A DNA stretch of 20,000 nt from an uncultured virus (IMG/VR IMGVR_UViG_3300018475_000128) (lineage: Duplodnaviria > Heunggongvirae > Uroviricota > Caudoviricetes): the IMG/VR virus record IMGVR_UViG_3300018475_000128; one strand, given 5' to 3'. How positions within the stretch are numbered: the first letter of the stretch is position 1; every line of letters begins with the position of its first letter. Of the stretch, positions 16,980 through 20,000 are shown in pieces. Under the pieces are notes generated by a model. That model saw only the letters and a list, made by a program, of their open reading frames with translations, made no database searches and was not told the origin of the DNA. The position numbers were made by a program, and so were the translations under genes.

Positions 16980-17420
16980 TTAAATGTTAGCGTTTACAAA
17001 CTTTCTCATGCAATAGCCTTCGCCACCAGTAACGGTGCGGATTTTGAACCACTCATCAGTAGACTCATCTACATCGATGGTAACTTCAACATCTTTATCT
17101 AATACGCAAATAACGTCGCCATTAACGCTGGGTTTTGATCTAACATTAAGTTTTGCGCAATTTGCTACTACACCTTTTCCCACTGCACCAGAATTAGTTT
17201 CGGTCTCTGTGGTGGTCTCAGTTTCAACAGTAGTATCAACAGTAGTATCAACAGTAGTATTAACAACAGTCTCAACAGTAGTCTCTACAACAGTTTCTAC
17301 TTCTTCAGTAACAGCAGTTACATCTCCATTTTGATTATCTACTGTACCTTCAGGAGTGGTATCGAATTTATTATTATAGTTTTTCTTGTTAGAATATTGG
17401 GAATAATTGTGCTTAGACAT
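16980..17420 (-). CDS. Protein with a Thr/Val/Glu-rich linker and a C-terminal bacterial SH3 (SH3b) domain
   Basis: The C-terminus 'GVVANCAKLNVRSKPSVNGDVICVLDKDVEVTI...EWFKIRTVTGGEGYCMRKFV' matches the SH3b consensus (LNVR.GP....vi..l..G..v......W......GyV). AAGGAGG RBS. Confidence 0.8.
   Translation of the reverse strand: MSKHNYSQYSNKKNYNNKFDTTPEGTVDNQNGDVTAVTEEVETVVETTVETVVNTTVDTTVDTTVETETTTETETNSGAVGKGVVANCAKLNVRSKPSVNGDVICVLDKDVEVTIDVDESTDEWFKIRTVTGGEGYCMRKFVNANI
17221..17300. repeat. 12-bp coding tandem repeat (CAACAGTAGTAT x3 plus degenerate copies)
   Basis: Three exact copies at 17225-17260. The region encodes ETVV/ETTV/NTTV/DTTV tetrapeptides. Confidence 0.85.
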
Positions 17421-17434
17421 TTATTTTCCTCCTT

Positions 17435-17875
17435 TTAGCCTTGTTTCCAAGGACATGTGTCATTTTTAGTCCGCACGGTAGGTGCGGTCATTAATAATTG
17501 TTCGTCACCATAATGTATAGCATTATGGGTATTATGGACAGTGCAGATAAGAAACTCTGGATCATAAATCCAATCTCGGTCATTTAAGATATCATCCATC
17601 GTAATAGGATTCATATGATGAACTATAATCTTACCGAAGATCTCATAACCTTCAACACCAAGATCGCAACCATTATCTCTAATAATTACTTTATCTCTTG
17701 CTTTCTTCCATCTCGGATTGCGCTGATATAGTTGCTGGTTTATGTAACGATCATAACCAAAAGTTTCTCTACCTACTAAACCGTCAAGTTTTAAATAATT
17801 AAAACGCTCTTTAAATGTATGAAGCTTGATCAGTTCTGAATATGTTCTAATGTTATTCATACTCATCCGGGTCAT
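17435..17875 (-). CDS. HNH endonuclease (terminase-associated, HK97 gp74-like role)
   Basis: 'WKKARDKVIIRDNGCDLG...IIVHHMNPI...LICTVHNTHNAIH'. The start is uncertain: 17875 (GGAGG 5 nt upstream), 17866 or 17860. The track's extension to 18004 overlaps the upstream gene. Confidence 0.85.
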   Translation of the reverse strand: MTRMSMNNIRTYSELIKLHTFKERFNYLKLDGLVGRETFGYDRYINQQLYQRNPRWKKARDKVIIRDNGCDLGVEGYEIFGKIIVHHMNPITMDDILNDRDWIYDPEFLICTVHNTHNAIHYGDEQLLMTAPTVRTKNDTCPWKQG

Positions 17876-18191
17876 CGTGTCCTCCATATCTTCGCATAGC
17901 CTTAAGTGCTTCTTCATAGAGCACTTTGATTTCTTCGGCATTAGCAAGCGCTTTAGTTTTTGCTGCAGTAAGTTCATTTTCAAGTTCAAGTTTCTTTTGC
18001 TCAAGTTTGGCTTTGGATGAAACTAGTTTTAGAAAATGTGTTGTCTCTTGAGATGAGGCAGTACCGTCTCGCAAACGCTGTTCAACCAGATCCATAGCTA
18101 AAGCTGCCATTTGGTTTTCTCTGTATTCTGGAGACAAAGCCGGTCTCAATTTAGGCATAGGATTAGAATTTGAGACTTTACCTTTTGCCAT
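17853..18191 (-). CDS. Putative terminase small subunit
   Basis: 112 aa helical protein ('RPALSPEYRENQMAALAMDLVEQRLRDGTASSQETTHFLKL' plus a coiled coil). It is the first gene of the packaging block, before the HNH gene. AAAGGAGG RBS. The call rests on size and position. Confidence 0.55.
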   Translation of the reverse strand: MAKGKVSNSNPMPKLRPALSPEYRENQMAALAMDLVEQRLRDGTASSQETTHFLKLVSSKAKLEQKKLELENELTAAKTKALANAEEIKVLYEEALKAMRRYGGHDDPDEYE

Positions 18192-18269
18192 ACTTACTGC
18201 CTCCTTTCGTTTGGGTTTTATTATCTTTTATGATGTTATCATCTCTATTAGTTAATGTTTTAGGGTAGT

Positions 18270-18398
18270 TTCCTGCAACATTTAGAGAGATTCACGAGGT
18301 TAATAGACTGCTCAGCCTGCATTTACTGAAAGGAGAGAAACATGTAAAGAAAACCTTTCACCTATAAACCTCATGAACCTTTTTAAATGCTACAGGAA
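18270..18398. repeat. Long imperfect inverted repeat (37-bp arms) with an inner 7-bp stem
   Basis: Arm 18270-18306 matches the reverse complement of arm 18362-18398 at 30/37 positions. Inner stem is TGAAAGG (18327-18333) with CCTTTCA (18354-18360). Confidence 0.85.
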
Positions 18399-18409
18399 TT
18401 ATATAGATA

Positions 18410-18601
18410 TTAATCTTTTGTGACCACATTTTCAGTTTTTTCCAAAAATGTTTTACAAGCAGAACGCACCTGTGCTATGGTTGTGGCGGTTGACATTGCC
18501 GTTATCATTTCGGTAAGAGCATCAGGAGTTGCAGGCTCTAACTCTGCCAACTCCTCTGCCGTCATTTCTCTGTAAATTCCGTTTTCATATATAATCGGCA
18601 T
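18410..18601 (-). CDS. Small fibre-associated protein (possible fibre assembly chaperone), 63 aa
   Basis: ATG at 18601 is coupled to the upstream TAA (TAATG). MPIIYENGIYREMTAEELAELE resembles small proteins that follow phage fibre genes. Confidence 0.55.
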   Translation of the reverse strand: MPIIYENGIYREMTAEELAELEPATPDALTEMITAMSTATTIAQVRSACKTFLEKTENVVTKD

Positions 18602-19557
18602 TACATTAACCCCCATATTTTTATTTTTGTTCCAATAGGCAAGGTTGAGTTAGTGAATTTAATATATCTAACTTTACTATTGCTTTTAACACTTATACTT
18701 TCAAATATCTGCCTTGTTTTCTTTGTATAAGGTGAAACCGCTATATCCCATAACAAATCATTATGCTTTGTTTCAAAAACGCAAAATGTTTCTGCCGTAT
18801 TTGATTTCCAATCAGTAACATCAACTGCGACTGCACTTGACCCCACTAAACTTGAAGTAAATGTGATGCCGTTACTTGCTAAAGTTGTGTTTGGTGGTAA
18901 GTACAAAGCAACTCGCACACCTTTGGTTGTGTCTCCCAAAGCCTCAACCTTTTCGCTATAAGCCGACACAGCCTCTGTAAGTTCAACCTCTTTTAAAAGT
19001 TCCCATTGTGGTTTTAACTCGGCATAATTATTGACATAATTAACAACGGCACTTGGACTTGCTATACCGCCAATCTCTTCTCCTTCTATTGTAGGTGATA
19101 GACTATAAAATGTGTGCTCATTTATCATATCATTTACTGCGTAACCAGAAAAAAGATTTGATAAATCAAAGTCTCCCTCTTCAGGTTTAAAATTTTTAGC
19201 AGTTATACTTTCAACATAGTCAACAACATAACCTTTAATAACCTTGTTTTGTACGGGGTTTTCACTCTTATCACTCATAGCGGTGTCTATAGTAACACCC
19301 GGTATTGTTGCTATAGCCTGCGCTACAGCTTTACCGCTTTGTGCATTAGCACTTTCAGGACTATAGTCTTGGTCTGTTACAGCATCTTTTCCGTCAACGC
19401 CTTTTTCACCCTTGTCACCCTTGTCACCTTTAGGTCCTCTAGGATATATCGATCCAGTAACACCATCACTGTTATTTTTGATTCCAGTAATATCATCGAC
19501 GTTATTTTTAATTCCGGTCACATCTTCGATATTATTTTTAATTCCAGTAATACTCAT
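18601..19557 (-). CDS. Fibre/whisker-like structural protein with decapeptide repeats and a short collagen segment
   Basis: 318 aa with (I/V)TGIKNNxxx x3, GPKGDKGDKGEKGVDGKD (Gly-X-Y x6), fibre-shaft-like motifs 'SPESANAQSGKAVAQAI' and 'DTAMSDKSENPVQNKVI', and a beta-rich C-terminal domain ending 'LPIGTKIKIWG'. Confidence 0.65.
   Translation of the reverse strand: MSITGIKNNIEDVTGIKNNVDDITGIKNNSDGVTGSIYPRGPKGDKGDKGEKGVDGKDAVTDQDYSPESANAQSGKAVAQAIATIPGVTIDTAMSDKSENPVQNKVIKGYVVDYVESITAKNFKPEEGDFDLSNLFSGYAVNDMINEHTFYSLSPTIEGEEIGGIASPSAVVNYVNNYAELKPQWELLKEVELTEAVSAYSEKVEALGDTTKGVRVALYLPPNTTLASNGITFTSSLVGSSAVAVDVTDWKSNTAETFCVFETKHNDLLWDIAVSPYTKKTRQIFESISVKSNSKVRYIKFTNSTLPIGTKIKIWGLM
19453..19552. 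repeat. 30-bp coding tandem repeat, about 3.3 copies
   Basis: Units start at 19453, 19483, 19513 and 19543 (TCC[A/G]GT[A/C]A......TTATTTTT.AT). They encode ITGIKNNIED / VTGIKNNVDD / ITGIKNNSDG. Confidence 0.88.
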
Positions 19558-19931
19558 GATCGATTACTTCCTTCCGGATATATACGAAATATTTTTGGCC
19601 CATTTAAATCGTAACCGATGATCGTTTGAGGTGCGGTATCAGGATTAAGTTCGATTTCATACCAATACTCTTTTGGCTTATTAATTATTTCGCCAATCGT
19701 GCTATCGTTTTGATCCATGTTGACAAATACAGATTCAGTTTCTTCTGTCACAACAACATCCTTATACATGACCACGTTGTCACAGTTCTTTTTCTCTAAT
19801 ATTTTCAGTCGAACTATATCGTCAGGTTGGAATATATAATTTATTCCGTTGCTCATCTGGGCTTTTACTTCGATGTTAGCGATATCGCCCCTTGTCAAGC
19901 ATATAGTCTGCTCGGAATCAATAGTAAACAT
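19554..19931 (-). CDS. BppU-N-like beta-sandwich adaptor protein
   Basis: 125 aa ('TICLTRGD', 'STIGE', 'YWYEIEL', 'QTIIG...FRIYPE') resembling fibre-anchoring BppU-type domains. ATGA-coupled to the fibre gene. AAAGGAG RBS. Confidence 0.5.
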   Translation of the reverse strand: MFTIDSEQTICLTRGDIANIEVKAQMSNGINYIFQPDDIVRLKILEKKNCDNVVMYKDVVVTEETESVFVNMDQNDSTIGEIINKPKEYWYEIELNPDTAPQTIIGYDLNGPKIFRIYPEGSNRS

Positions 19932-20000
19932 AGGTTACTCCTTTCTGGTTATAAAGCCTAATTTGTTTTTTTCAAAAATCCCGCCGGGGAAATATCAAAG

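Noticed and set aside
17876..18004. N-terminal extension of the HNH ORF given in the track
   Set aside because: It overlaps the putative terS in another frame. The GGAGG at 17885-17881 points to a start at 17875 or just downstream.
1..20000. Stop-codon reassignment, introns/inteins, DGR, tRNA/rRNA
   Set aside because: Genes are intact under code 11 and use TAA, TAG and TGA as stops. TerL and portal are of normal length. I saw no reverse transcriptase, adenine-variable repeat pair or RNA-gene signature by eye.

Overview
This window is the packaging, head and tail morphogenesis region of a long-tailed (siphovirus-type) phage or prophage. The strong GGAGG/GGTGA RBSs and low GC suggest a Bacillota host. 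Every credible gene is on the minus strand. In transcription order (right to left) the genes are: BppU-like adaptor, collagen/repeat fibre protein, small fibre-associated protein, a long intergenic inverted repeat, putative TerS, HNH endonuclease, SH3b protein, head-tail connector, metallophosphoesterase, leader-motif protein 1, TerL, six accessory genes, portal, prohead protease-major capsid fusion, head closure, tail terminator, major tail protein, two tail chaperone-like genes, HK97-gp10-like protein, and a tape measure protein that runs off the left edge. The most notable element is a family of six genes around terL and portal. They share short N-terminal 'EL-x-H' leaders of two subtypes (ELxH-[YW]GxxGM[KR]WGVRR and ELMHWKYIK..GKW.YYYDY) fused to unrelated, mostly basic C-termini. 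One C-terminus is a papain-fold Cys-His-Asp toxin-like domain, followed directly by a small immunity-like gene. The same hydrophobic-x-His motif recurs about seven times in the protease-capsid linker. This suggests a capsid-loaded, protease-matured polymorphic cargo/effector system (inference). An 11-bp motif, TCAAAATGGAG, occurs nine times in one orientation, mostly at start codons. All family assignments come from motif recognition by eye; no database searches were run.
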